Shown here one piece after another: positions 11,357 to 25,000 of a stretch of DNA of 64,000 nucleotides (positions are counted from its first letter, which is position 1; the number at the start of each line of letters is the position of its first letter). The notes below the pieces were generated by a model. It saw only the letters and a list, made by a program, of their open reading frames with translations. It made no database searches and was not told the DNA's origin. The stretch covers positions 124,001-188,000 of the forward strand of contig NW_021824954.1 in assembly GCF_006345805.1 (NCBI RefSeq), given 5' to 3'. The translations under genes were made by a program, and so were the position numbers. Source of the stretch: Octopus sinensis. Lineage: Eukaryota.

Positions 11357-13229
11357 TATATGTTCAAATTACGATGAAAGTAAACAAGCAAAGTTTGCTT
11401 TAGAAACGTAGAGATGTATTGAAATATATATGCATACATAAATGTACGCACGCACACACATCATTTAACATCTGCCTTCCATGCTGATAGCTGTTGATTA
11501 GGGAATTAAAAAAAAAAAATTGTAAGAATAAAAATTAAAAATAAAAACAACAAAATGAACACTTTTTGTGTTTTGAAAAAAATTTAATTTTTAGTTTCTC
11601 ATGTAATCAAAATGACATAGAATAATAATACAATTGTTGCTGCAAAAAGGATCTGAATCCCTTAAAGTTTAGGGAACATAAGGTTCAGAGATAGACAATT
11701 AAAGACAAGCTAATCTGAGAGGGAAGGAGAATAGAAGGCAGGGTGAGAGAAGGAAACAGCAGAAACGATAAAGTAACTAGATAAAAAGAGAGAGGGAGAA
11801 GGAAAGAGTCTGTCGACCACCCAAAATCTTTATTTGAACTCTGATAATATTTAATACCTAAATGATTTAGTGGGTGAGGATGGATATATATATATAGGTG
11901 CAGGAATGGCTGTGTGGTAAGTAGCTTGCTTACCAACTACATGGTTCCAGGTTCAGTCTCACCGCATGCACCTTGGGCACAATATGAGACACCTAATTAA
12001 TTAAAAATCAAGTACTTAAGTCTGGTTTTCTTGTCCATTTTTTAAATTTAGCATTTGGTAAAATTTTACAAGTAGTAATAGTAGTAGTAGTAGTAATAAT
12101 AATAATAATATTAATAATAATAATAATAATAACAATAATTTCTTAATTACTGGTTTAAGTCTCAAACCATGAATTTTGGGAAAATGGGTGTTGATTATAT
12201 TGATCCTAGTATATCTTGGAATGATGAAAGACAAAAAGAGTTATAACTAAATGCTGCAAAGAACTTTGCCCAATAATTTATCAATTCTGTCTATTCTCTG
12301 CATTAATGTGAGTTCAAGCACTTGTTAATTTCAAATATATTTGCTTTGTTAGCCTAGACACAAAGCCTACTTTTAATAACTATATTGAAGACTTATATTT
12401 TAACATGGGAAAAGTCAGAAATATAGTAGAAGGGAACAAGTTGGCTATTTTGACCCTAGTGTTGAACTAGTATTTTATTTTATGAACTTCAGAAGGATGA
12501 AAAATAAAACTGAGTAAAGTTTGAATTAAAAATGTAAAGAGCCATAGCTAAATATTTTTAACTTCATATTGGCTGCATGAAAAGAAGAGGTTTTGAAATA
12601 TCAAAGTTCAGATTTAAATCAGAGAAAACAGGCTTTTATGATTTTGGGTGGATCAGACAGAAAACTGAAGTATATCAGGAATACAATGGAGAACTCGCCT
12701 TGCATTGACTAATCTTAAATGTCTGTTAAAAAAAAGAAATTGAGAGGCTAAAGAAACATATGATACATTTTCTCTCATAGGGAGGGAAGAAGGAAACATT
12801 CTATAGATTATATTTTTGTCAGCAAATTTGAGTGTTGGAGGTGGTAATGAGGGAAGGGGAAGCAGAAACAGGACAATATGTTTTGGTCGAATAATCAACC
12901 AGACTGCAGAATGATGCAGAAACGTTCCAGACATTTCTCTGAAACTTAAATTCTGTCACAGTTAGCAGGTGACAGTTTTATTTTTTCAATTTTTCCATTT
13001 TTTTTTACATAAATCTTTTATATACAATAAATAATAATAATCGTCATAGTGATAGATTTTTTGGGTGTACTAATAGCAGTAATGATGATAATAATACTAT
13101 TCATGATAATACTTATGTTTTTATGAATGAAATTAGAAGTCAGGGGAGTGAAGTGTGGACATTTTTGTGGAGTTGCACCAGAGTGAGTTAAGAGATTGCA
13201 AAGAGAAAGCAAGAAAGAAAGTGTGTGTC

Positions 13230-13309
<80 letters not shown>

Positions 13310-16084
13310 AGAGAGAGAGAGAGAAAGGAGAAAGTTGAAGGGAGACTGCAAATGGTTGTGGTGATAGTGGGATTAGAATGAAATAATGTGGTGTCATTTG
13401 TTTAAGTAGAAAAAAAAATTATGAATTGGATTATACAATAAAAAAATTAAACTAAAAACAAAAACTAACTGGTAGAGTATTAAACCTCAAAATTGATTGA
13501 AGGGAATTGTGGCATTTACATAATTTATACATAGCACCAACAACATAGATGAAACAGCATCAGCTGGAAATGTAAACCAATCTGACTGTACTTAGGATTG
13601 TCTAAGAATTTATTTACTGTTTCACTATGATGTCTCTGCCACCCTGCCCCCACACACATACATACATCTCACCCATGTGTTTAAGTTAACTAAATATTTT
13701 TGAAAGTTTAGGCTATTTTGCACTTTGTAATACTTTTTGCTACTTTAAACTATGTGTCTGAATCTTTAGAACACTCTATGTACCATTACTGCACACATAT
13801 TTCTCCTAATAGATACTGTGTCAGATTCAGCAAGTTTTACAGATGTAAATCACCTACTTATTGAATTATATATTGTAAGAAGCTAAATACTCTATAAATG
13901 TCTGTACATATAACATAAAACCACATAGCTATGTCTGCTACTGGTATCATATACATATATATATATATATGTATGTATATATACAAACACACACACACAC
14001 GTAAGTGTGTGTATGTGTGAAATTGCAAGATTTTTTAAACAACTTTGCAATGAAACATATGATTTCTTTAACTAAATATATGCTTTTGTATATGACTAAT
14101 CTACAATGTAGTTATATCAGACTATGTGCACCATACAGAGTTCACAGTGTCATGAGATATGCATATGTGTGTATTTTTTAAAATAGAATGTAAATATTAA
14201 TGTAAATACCTGGTGTATATAATTTTGATTATATGTATTTGTATATGTTGTGTGTATGTATTTGAATATACTTATTTGTCTTTTTGAGTGTATGATGGAA
14301 CGCTATTTGTAGTTTTCCTGAGAGAAATGCGAATAGTAGAAAAAAAAGAGAAAAAACAAAAGAAAAATTTGTAGAAAATAACCCAAAATATATACATGAA
14401 AAAGATAAAAAGAAAAATGTTTTATATATACAGATGAAGACTAAATTAAAAAGATACAGGAGGGATAAATATATTTTCAGAATGTTGTTTATTTGATGTA
14501 GGGGTGTGTATATATATATATATATGTATATTTACTTTGGACCGTTGCACAGCAGCTATATTGTGAAATTGTGCTTTTTTAAAAGTTGGAAGAGAAGGAT
14601 TCTGGATTCCCTGATAATAGTAATCAGGGTTTGTGTTTAGGGGTGGCTGATGGTGTGTGAAAAAATTATAAAGATATTTATGTATTCATCTGTACTTATG
14701 TATGTTTTTATGTCTGCTTGTATGTATGTTGATTTTCATTGTATCAAGTTCTGCTCAACAGAACAAAAGCTCAGTCTCTCAGAGACAAGAGTAATTCCCA
14801 AGTTGATATTTCAGACAGAAATATTTTCACAATTTCATGTCTAAATTCTAATCTTTTTATTGGAAAGTTTTATACATTTTTTTATAGCATCACTAATTAA
14901 TGTCTCAATTTTTTTTTGGTTTAAAATCATTATCATATGCTGTTTCTATCCTGTCTTTGAGAAAATTACTGTAGAGAAATAGTAATAGAGAGACAGACAA
15001 ATAAAGGAAGAAGAGAGACTTAGGGGATAACACATTTTTGTTGTGGGAGTTAATATATTATTAGTAAAAGTTTAAAAAAATCTAATTCATCTAGAAGCTA
15101 TTTAAAGCTTATAAGCCTGTGATTCTTTTGAGTTTTTTTTTTAAAGATATACAAGTATATTTCTAAAGCTAATGTTTTGAAATATCTTAAGCAATGACTA
15201 ATGAAAAGTAAATCTTTCAGATATTTCAAATATGTGCCTTGCTATTTTTTTAAGTAAAGAAAGAAAAAGGAAAAGACATTCACTTGGAAATATTTAAAAG
15301 AATTGATTAAACTTAAGAAAAGTAAGTTTCTATCTGATAGTTCAAGCTTTTCTTCTTTCATAATTTCAGTGCTCCTGGCTAAAAGGTATATCACTAATAA
15401 TAGTTATGATATTGTTGTTAATAACACTAAGAATGTTTCTCGATTGTTTTCTCTGTTTTAACACATCAAATATCATTTATTTTAAAAAAATGCACGATAT
15501 TGTTCTGTGAAATACACTCTGTAATGAGATATCCCCTAGTGCAAGTTGTTGAAGGAGGGGCACAAAGTATTTCGGTTGAAGTGTTCACCAGTCATGTTTA
15601 AAACCTGGTGAGGGAGATTCATAAAATGTTCTCAACAGATTATCGTTGATAATGCCTGTCACCCTTGTTCATCATTCACAGCATTTTTTGAACCACAGAA
15701 ATAGAATTCTTATAGTTCACTCAGCTGACTGACTTGATCTGGATGAGGCAGTTCAGGTTGTTGCTGGAGAAGAAATACAGAAAAAATCTAGACCAAATCC
15801 TTGTTTTTGTTTTGTGTACTGGCAACTCAGATCAGAACAAGGAGATCATTGTGATTTCTGTACTTTGTAACCACACGATGCAGGCAAGAACCCAACTTGT
15901 ACTGGTTTACATATAATTTGTTTAAAATATATTTAAAGATGTTTAGATATCATTCTTGAGGTGTTGCTTCTACATTCATATATTTATCCACATATATACA
16001 AATATAGATAAATGTATTTGATATTTTCTTAACATTTTAAATTTGGATTTTTGCTTGATTGTGTGCATCTGTTTCTTTCTTTCA

Positions 16085-16291
16085 TCAGCATACAGAATCC
16101 AATTGCAGCTGCAACATTTTTGCATGCTCTCCAATTACTGACATGTTATGAGGTCCATCTTTCTCGTTTTCCATGATGTGACGGAGCATTCGTTGTCTCT
16201 CACTGAAACTCAGAGATGCAATGTATTGTTCTCGGTACTGAGGGAGAGATGGTCCCCATTTTGGATCTGGGTGTATCAGTTTCTTTACGCG
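16085..16291 (-). CDS. SLC6 transporter last coding exon (C-terminal tail and stop); not in the ORF track
   Basis: ttttcag|CGCGTA acceptor. Hand translation RVKKLIHPDPKWGPSLPQYREQY...KMLQLQLDSVC*; the PxxxWGP motif is typical of SLC6 C-termini. 207 nt including TGA. Confidence 0.92.
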   Translation of the reverse strand, partial: RVKKLIHPDPKWGPSLPQYREQYIASLSFSERQRMLRHIMENEKDGPHNMSVIGEHAKMLQLQLDSVC

Positions 16292-16852
16292 CTGAAAAAT
16301 GAAATGAAAATAAGGCAGATGTAATAAACAATATACTAATGATGATGATAATATTGATTCTTAGCTTAGGTACACGGCCACAAATTTATTTTTGGTGGGA
16401 AGAACAGTCTATTGCATCAACCCTAAGTACTTCATTGTTACTTCCAAGGGACATTATCGTGACAAGTGAGGAGGTTCCAATTAAAAACCCGAAACTGGGC
16501 TGTGGGATTTGTTTGCTTAGACCTTCTTGCTCAATGACATTTGCAATAATGATAATAACATGGCTATAGGCACAGACATGGTTGGTGGTTAAGAAGCTCA
16601 CTTTGCAACCACATTGATTTGGGTTCAATCCCATTGCGCAGAAGATTTGGCAAGTGTGTTTTACTATAGTACTGGGCTGATCAATGCCTTGTCAGTTAAT
16701 TTCATAGACAGAAACTGTGTAGAAGCCCTTCATAGATATATATGTATGCCAACATACATAAATATATAGCTTTCTAGCATCCCCTTTTCATTGCTCACAT
16801 GGGTTGGATGGAATTTGTTGAGGTGGATTTTCTTTGGCCAGATGTTTTCAAG

Positions 16853-19272
16853 CAATATATCATATCGGAATAAGAAGCACACTCTAAAAAATAGAGCAGT
16901 GAAGTATTAAATCACTAAAGTTAAAATCTGGTCATAGAGTGACTAATGGTGCAGGGCCTGTCACTTCCTTGTCATTGGTACTGGTCTGGTCATCCTCCTT
17001 GGCTGAGGTGTTGGTACTGGAGTTGCTGGTTACCTCCTCGGTGTTGTTGGTGCTGGACTGGTCATCCACCCTGGCTGTGGTGTTGGTATTGGGGTCGTTG
17101 GTGTCCAAGCTGGTGTTTCTGCCACTGTCACCACCTCCAATGCCATCATATTTGTTGGATGGTACATTGTTGCTACTGTGGTTGCCAGGTCTAGGTGTCA
17201 CCGTAGCCTTGTCGATGACTCCTTCGGCCTCGCATCAGTCCCTTACTGGATAGTCATTGTACACCCTGCAAGAGCAACCTGCCTCCAGCAGTGTTTTGTG
17301 GGTGTTAGCTAAAATACTTGTTATGTTGGGCACACAACTAAAGAAGACCCTTACATTGTGTCTGTTGAACAAATGTCTGTATCTCTGTGTCTGTGTGAAG
17401 TGCTTGTCTATTAATCTGAGGAATATCCTTCCCACACAAGTCTTGACATTGAGTGAGAAGGTAGGGAAACCAAACAATGTTTTGGCAGCACTTCATTTTC
17501 CAGGAGCTAGGGCCTGGCATGTAGGAGCTGTGGTCCTTAAACCCACTAAGACCAGCCCCTTGTTGTAGTAGGGGGTGGTGGTATCGAAGATATCTTGGCT
17601 ACGGGATAGATTTAAGATCCTCTTGATGACACTCTTCACAATGGGGAGGTGGGGGTAGCAGGAGGCTGTGTTAACATAGGACAGTCTCTTGCTTGGCTTG
17701 TTATAGGGCCTGTTGTACCAGAGCTCGGCTCTAAAGTAACATAGGAAGTCTACAGTGGTGAGATTAGTCTCAATGGTGATCTCGAGTCCATGGAGCCTAG
17801 GGCGCTAATTAGGTCGTTTCCAAGTCTATCTAGCATGTGCCTGTTAGCTCCTCTAGAGATGGCTAGGGCATCATCTTTGTAGAGACCAAAGAGGACCAAA
17901 GGGAATTTCTTTCCTAAGGTGTCCAGGATATATAGTCCAATAAGATTGCAGATGTCGGCAATGTTGTAGGCTTCTATAGCCACATTGAAGATGCCCTCGG
18001 GGTCAGATTGCTTGAATCTTTGTTGAACAGCTCTGTCTTCCTGGCATGCATGATAATGCTAATATCTCTCTCATTAAAATATGTTAAGCCCTTAGCAAAA
18101 GAAAGTGCCTTAATCAGCAACCCATTTGACATTGATGGGTAAAACTTGACAATGTCGAACTGTGTAAACCTAACCTTAGCATTAAACCATGAGGTCACTT
18201 CATTGGTGCTGTGCCATAGAGAGAGGCTGGTGACCCTCCTTATGTTGTCATTAATCTTCCTCAGGATATGCTTTCTTGCCTGGCCAATCTCGGATTTGGC
18301 TGTGTTGATCAGGTGGCATTTGGGGTTAGAGGCAAAGTTCTGCTTGTGGTCTTTTATTGTGATAAAGAAATTTCTCTTGGTTAAGATCTCTACTCTGTCC
18401 ACTATACCTAGGCTAATTGCTATCTGTTCAGCTTCGCAGATTTCAAGTGATGCCCCTGCAACCTTCAGGGTCCCAGAAAGACATTTTGTCATGTCCCTGG
18501 CCAGCCATGTTTGGCACCTCAAAGATCAATGGATCCTATATGATATCAGGTGGAAGATCTTAGAACAACTAGGCCCCTATGCTAACAGGAGTGGGTACTG
18601 GAAAATCTGCATCACTGAGCGAGCCAAAAGCCTGGCTTGCGGAACACTTGTAAAGAAATATTCGCAAGATGTATCTACTAGTGTAGCTTTGGAAGGGAGG
18701 TAGGGGTGGTCCATTCCATGTGGCACTTTCCATCCTGCTGTAGGCAACGTGTTTTTTTTTGGTGTCTGGGGGCGGCAAACGTATAAGAGTTGCCGTGGGT
18801 GGCACACACTCTAGCTATGCTAGTGAATGTATCCATTTCAAGCGCTACCTCTTGCAAAACTGGGATTCTATGTTTGCTGATTAGGCTCGTAAGAGACCTT
18901 ATGAAATAAATCCCCACTGCCAATTAATCACTAGTCTAGGAGAGACAACTCGTCTTCACTAACGTTTTTTTTTTTGTCTCTGATAGTTGTTTGATCAATT
19001 GACTGTAGCATTTCTCCACCTCTGCAAGGTGAAGAGTAAAATTTGTTTTTGTATAGAGCTGTCCACAAGGTTGTGGCTTTCATGGATGTGAAACCATTGA
19101 TCACTGTATCACTTTAGTGATTTAATACTTTACTGCTTTATTCTTTAGAGTGTGTGTTTCATTCAGATATATGACAATATATATAAATATTGATTGTCAA
19201 TATATCATATATCTGAATAAGAAGCACACTCTAAAGAATAAAGTAGTAATGTATTAAATCACTAAAGTTAAA
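16853..19272 (-). mobile_element. Penelope-like element (RT, Cys-rich linker, truncated GIY-YIG) with short direct and inverted terminal repeats
   Basis: KDHKQNFASNPKCHLINTAKSEIG, FDIVKFYPS, GLYKDD, CSCR-x4-YPVRD*C...VIDKATV. A roughly 73-bp direct repeat at 16853-16925 and 19198-19272, with an inverted copy at 19111-19174. Lies in the last SLC6 intron, sense orientation. Confidence 0.9.
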
Positions 19273-19498
19273 GTAGTAGCCCAATAGATAGATTGTACTT
19301 GTAATTCAAAGGTCCAGTTTTGTCACATTGTATCATGTTGATTATACCTGAGAACTGCATAAAGGATAGATGTGTCTGTGTAATAAACAACTGAACACTC
19401 AGATATACATTGTTCTTGTTGGAGAAGTCTACCATACATACACTGGCATGTTCACAGTATCACAGATGCCCAATAAAGCAGATCTAACTGTTTCTTAC

Positions 19499-19666
19499 CT
19501 CAATAAAGGTTCCCTTTGTCTTGAATATTTGGGAAATCATCACAGCAGGTAGAGGAACCAGTGATACCATTCCAAGAATCCAGCCAAGGACAACTGACCA
19601 TGTTGGGTATGTATAGTCTCCATATGTTACTGGGCTCAATTTGCTAATACTGAACAGCCACACTAA
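19499..19666 (-). CDS. SLC6 transporter exon (TM12)
   Basis: tttcag|TTAGTG to GAG|GTAAGA. Encodes LVWLFSISKLSPVTYGDYTYPTWSVVLGWILGMVSLVPLPAVMISQIFKTKGTFIE. 168 nt. Confidence 0.95.
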
Positions 19667-19754
19667 CTGAAAAGGGTGAAAAAAGGATAAATTAGGGTTA
19701 GTGAAGGTGATGATACAGTTTAAATTAAAAACTTTCAAATGTGATGATAATAAT

Positions 19755-20050
19755 AATATTGATACAAACAGACAGAAAAATTGACTCCAATCGACCAGAC
19801 ACTGTGATCAAGAACAACTTGTCTGTTAATAGATATGCCCATCCCACAAGTTCAAAATGTCTCGAGAAAGGAATATGAAAAGCTTTCTCACTATAAAGAT
19901 CTGCAAATTGAAATCACAAAAATGTGGAAGCTTAATACTACGATTATTATCGTAATATTGGTGTGATGGGAATGATAAAGACGGGAGATGAGTATATTAA
20001 GCAACTTCCTGGTAACTCCAATCTCTGTGAACTACAAAAGAAATACTTTG
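19755..20050 (+). mobile_element. Remnant of a restriction-like endonuclease domain (R2/R4/NeSL-group non-LTR element)
   Basis: Hand translation gives TDRKIDSNRPDTVIK..LIDMPIP..EYEKLSHYKDLQIEITKMW..GVMG..YIKQLPG..ELQK, matching the RPD..D..EK..Y pattern. Confidence 0.7.
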
Positions 20051-20492
20051 ATTGGTACAGCCCGTATAATATGGAAAGCACTCTCCATCTAAAATGGAAT
20101 AAGTTAACAGCAAGATTGACATTATGGGTGTTATTTATGATTAACAATGATGTAGTGTATGTGAAGGAGGTCAGAATGTAAGAGCTAAGATTCTTTTAAA
20201 TTTGCAATATTTCAGTTTGTTAGATGAATAGGTGTTATTAATCTCTAGCGCAATCTACTTCCACTTCTTGGAGGGAAAGGGATGCTCTGAGTGGTCCTCT
20301 ACAACTCCCTTACAGCATATCACAGTCAATTCTCAGGGAGGGAGAGAGAGGGAATCAAAAACAGAGTGTGAGAGATGGTAAGGTGGTTTGGATGTTATTT
20401 CTAGTAGGTGAAGTGGATAACACACTCACACACAATGCTCCCTCATTGGATAAGGTTTTAAGTAAAAGGATTGAGCCTATAAAAAAACTTAC

Positions 20493-20593
20493 CAGGGTAA
20501 TAGTAGGAGTAATGAAACGCCATGAGATTTTCCACCACACACAGGGTTTATAACCAATCATCAAAGTGATGTCATTGTAGAAACGGTCAGCAC
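20493..20593 (-). CDS. SLC6 transporter exon (TM11)
   Basis: caacag|GTGCT to CTG|GTAAGT. Encodes (G)ADRFYNDITLMIGYKPCVWWKISWRFITPTITL. 101 nt, phase 1 to 0. Confidence 0.95.
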
Positions 20594-21253
20594 CTGTTGA
20601 AAGTACAAAATAAACATGAACAATTGACGAACAGCTTTTAAGTAGTAGTAGAGCACAGGGGTTAATGTAATCAACTAGCCCCTTCCACAAAGTTTCAGCC
20701 TTGTGCCTATAGTAGAATGGATTATTATTATTATTATTATCATTAATAGGGAGGAAAGCTGGCAGATTTGTGACCATGCCTGTAAAAATGCTTAGCATGA
20801 ATTCAAATACTGAAAGGGTCAACTTTGTCTTTCATCCTTTTGGAGTCAATAAAATATTTATCTGTTGAGTACTGGGCTTGATGTAATCGACTTACTCCCC
20901 GCCACCCCAAATTGCTGGCCTTGTGCCAAAATTTGAAACCATTATTCAGTGACATATTTAATGATCTGACTGGCTCAGCTTTGCCTTTTCCTAATTCTGG
21001 GACTGATATAAACGAAGTACCAGTCAATTACAAAGTGGCTCACTTGTTAGTTCATACACTGGTTGAAGATACTGGTTCAAGGTACCACTCAGAGAGATTG
21101 AATCTAATTCCATGTAGTTGCAAACTGAAATTCAACACTACACAACCCCTAACCTGAATTGGTTACAAAATATAGTATCCCATGAGAGGATAGAAAAGTT
21201 GACATAGATAAAATTTGAAATTGGAACAGTAGAGTGATAGATTAAGAACATAC

Positions 21254-21353
21254 CATAAATCCAAGAAATGACCACACATTCAGTCAAGGAAAGAATCATC
21301 AGGGAAAATGTGGAGCAGTACCAATCAACGACTTGTAGCAGGTAAATTCCACC
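21254..21353 (-). CDS. SLC6 transporter exon (TM10); not in the ORF track
   Basis: caacag|GGTGGA to TATG|GTATGT. Hand translation GGIYLLQVVDWYCSTFSLMILSLTECVVISWIY(G). 100 nt, phase 0 to 1. Confidence 0.95.
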
Positions 21354-21875
21354 CTGTTGGAGAATACAGAACCAAATTTAAAACAGGTAATATGAAGTGA
21401 TGCATTAGTGGTGGTAGTAAAAAATGGTGATAGTAGGAATAATAGTTATGATGGTGGTGATGAACATGGTAGAGATATAGTTCTTGTTGTTTAAACCCAA
21501 GTCATCTCTAATCAAGCAAATCTTTTACCATAATAAAAAGCATACCAGCCATAAACATCCCATATTTTACCTATGTGTTGGGAATCCAAGACAACATTAT
21601 ACAATATAAAGATAAGTTATGATCTGCATAGGATTTAACTGTTATTTCCAGCAGGTACAGTGACATGTAGAAACTCACTTGTTGGGTCTTGAGATATAAT
21701 GATGAAGAAGAAAAATGGTTAATGTCTAAGTATCTGGGATGGTTAGAAGATTACAATTTTTGTTGACTAGTTTATCTAAATTTTCCCTTCCATCTATAAA
21801 AATGAGCTTAATTGGCTCAAAAAACTATAGTCTTACTCCATTTCGTTTCATGAAAATCACAGAAAATATTCTTAC

Positions 21876-22007
21876 TTGTGTAACAAAGGGAATGCCACAT
21901 AGAAACTCCACGAAGCAAATGGCAGCAGTGAAGAGAACCTTTCTTTTGGCCAATAATTCTGGGAATTCATCAATAAAGGCACTGGTCATCGTTTCGAACA
22001 TACCAAA
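21876..22007 (-). CDS. SLC6 transporter exon (end of TM8 and TM9)
   Basis: ttcag|TTTGGT to CAA|GTAAGA. Encodes FGMFETMTSAFIDEFPELLAKRKVLFTAAICFVEFLCGIPFVTQ. 132 nt; follows a 17.1-kb intron. Confidence 0.95.
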
Positions 22008-25000
22008 CTGAACAGAAGGAATATAATATTGAAAATTAATCTGTCTAGACTTGTAAAAAAAATAAACTGTGAAAACAATAACTGTAATTATACATGTAAA
22101 ATACAGGTTTTGGAAAACCTTTTCAAAACAACTTGATGTTTTAAAAAAGCTTATGACCAAGGAAAATTTTTTCTAAAATAATTTACTGTCAAAGATGAAG
22201 AGGAATAAAAATATGAAGTAAAAATTTTGCCTGAAAGGTTTCCGAGTTGGGGAAATACAAATTTTTAATTCCAATTATTAAAAAGATATGTATGTGCGTG
22301 TCTTTAGTTTTGTTTTAGTCACAATGACTGAGGCACATACTGGAGTACAGTCTTCATGCATGTGGGTTTGTGTATGCACATGTAATATACATGGCATGAT
22401 GTGTCGTGTATGTACGTATCTGTATATATATAAAAGTATTAAATGTCATATATATTACTATATGCATTACAGATATATAATATGTATATGCATTATATAT
22501 ACATACTATATCTATATACACATACACACACACACAAATATATATACCATGTGTCATACAACCACACACACTCCCACACATACAGGTGCACACACAATAT
22601 CTTGGAATTGGAATATTATAATATGGAATAAAAATGAAGCGTGTTTATTAGTACACATTACTTTAAAAATTATGGAATATTAATTCTATTTTCCTTGCTC
22701 AAATAGAAAATTAGAAGCTAAGCAAACCATGTCAACTTTAGAATTTGGGATGATTTTGGAAAATTAAAGGAACATTACTATAAAAAATAAAAATTAAAAA
22801 TCTAATGAAAAAATATAAAATTTGTGTATATAATTTTAGCTCATTAAACATCTACCTTTGTTTATTTTCTTTTCTTTTAAAATAATGATTAATGATCTGG
22901 TTCAAAACATGTTATATTGGCCCAAGGAAAAAAATGGAATATATTATTTAGTTTTTAGTTATGTAATGAAAATTAATGCTCTGTAACTACCCCACCCAAA
23001 TCATTTGAAATATGAAAATAAATGCATATTCATTCTGATTATACATTAATAGAGAAACAAAGGGTTGTAATTATATAATCTAATCTTTCTTATAATATAA
23101 ACTATTTAAAATATAATGGTTTAATGAATGTGAAGGGAGGGGTTTGGCTTATAAACTATGTATATCTACTATTTTATATAGAGAGCCTAATATGGTTGGC
23201 TTAACTTTTATTCAACAGCTTTATTGTATATTACCATATGAAAACATTGTAGACTGATTTAAATCATATTAACATTTTGGAGTATAAATTTATATAAAAT
23301 TGTGTGAATTTGCTCACTTATATTTTATAAATGATGAATATAATACTTATTTATTGTTTGAAAAGTATGAAATAATTATTTAGGAAAATTTATAATGTCA
23401 GCAAGGTTTTCATAGGCCATACAAAATGAAATTCATATGTGTAATTTGATGAGATATTTGCTCACAAATAAATATATTTCCAAAACCAAATTCTTCTTCA
23501 AGCCAAATATATTTAACAAAATATGATTTACAGAAAATAATAGTAATTTCCAATTATGATAATTATTATAAAAGTTAAATTACTCCAAAATCTTTATAAA
23601 AAACTTTTCTTCATACATATAATATATATATATATATATAATATATATGTATATATATACATATACATATATACATATACATATATATACAAATACATAT
23701 ACATACATATATATATATATATATACGCACATACATATAAATACATACATATATAGACATACATATATACATACATATATATATACATGCACACACAAAT
23801 ATATACCCATACACATGTAAATATATATAAATAAATATATATATATATATATACACACACACATATATATGTATGTTAATATACATATATATGTATCTTA
23901 ATATATATATACATATATATATATATACATGTTAATATATATAAATAAATATATATACATATATATGTCTGTTAATATTCATATATATGTATGTTAATAC
24001 ATATATATACATATTAACATACATATATATGTATGTTAATATACATATATATGTATGTTTATATGTATGCTTATTTGTATTCATAGATATGTATATGTTC
24101 ACATATATGTAAATTTGGGGATATATTTAGATTGGCTATATTATAATATTTGTGAGCATTCCCTGTAGAGTTAAAAGAATGTGAAAGATTAAACCTGTTA
24201 AACATGAATAGATTGTTTTACCTTGTACATGGTTTTGTGTATTTAAAGCTATCAGTTGTATGTTGTTTGCTTCCAAGACCTTTTACATAGACCTAGAAAA
24301 ACTATTTTTCAGTGAAATTGTACATAGTATAAGTGGCCACTTTATGTGCAATTTTCAACTGAACTTAACACTACAATGGTGTTCCATTTGGCTAAATACT
24401 CAAAGTGCAAACAATTCTTTAATTAGTTTTAAAAAAATATTTACTAAAAGTTGATTACAGCTAAATATATATAAATATAAAAAAAAAGGAAAGATTTTTG
24501 CCAAATTTTGTTATATTCAGAATAGTATTAACATTGCTATTCACTAAGCAGAAATACTGTTTTGTATAAGAGAGCAAATTTAATCAATGGAATAGACTTC
24601 CAGTATATATCACTGGTATTATCTTATCCAACCATACTGATAGGCTGAAAGGTAAAATCAACCACAGCAAAATTTGAACATACAAGCATGAGGTATTTAA
24701 CTAGATACTGTATAGTATCCAGTCCCCAAACTGAAAGAAACCATGTGTCAATGTTTCTGCTCTCAACAAAATCAATATTAAGAATGTAATCATCATAAAA
24801 TTAAAATTATAGTCTTCAAATTTTGATTTACTTTACCTAAAAGAATGAAATATTTGAATTTTGCCAAAAAAACCCTGCAAAACCCTAAAAGTTTGGACAA
24901 AATAAATTGAGTAAATTTTCATTTTTAGCCAAATACAAACTTCATTGTAGTTGAATGTTGAATAAATTATAAGAATTTTGTTTTCTATTTATAAAAAAAA

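Noticed and set aside
16060-16090. CTGATGA...GAAA overlapping the SLC6 stop codon
   Set aside because: The intervening AAAGAAA cannot form stem II; chance match from TGC TGA TGA.
17235-17237. In-frame TGA in the PLE Cys-rich linker as possible selenocysteine
   Set aside because: It aligns one residue before the conserved Cys rather than on it, the copy has many other stops, and CGA-to-TGA decay is a simpler explanation. No SECIS was identified.
16939-17253. Plus-strand hydrophobic ORFs (104 aa and 82 aa)
   Set aside because: Antisense shadows of the repetitive PLE insert.
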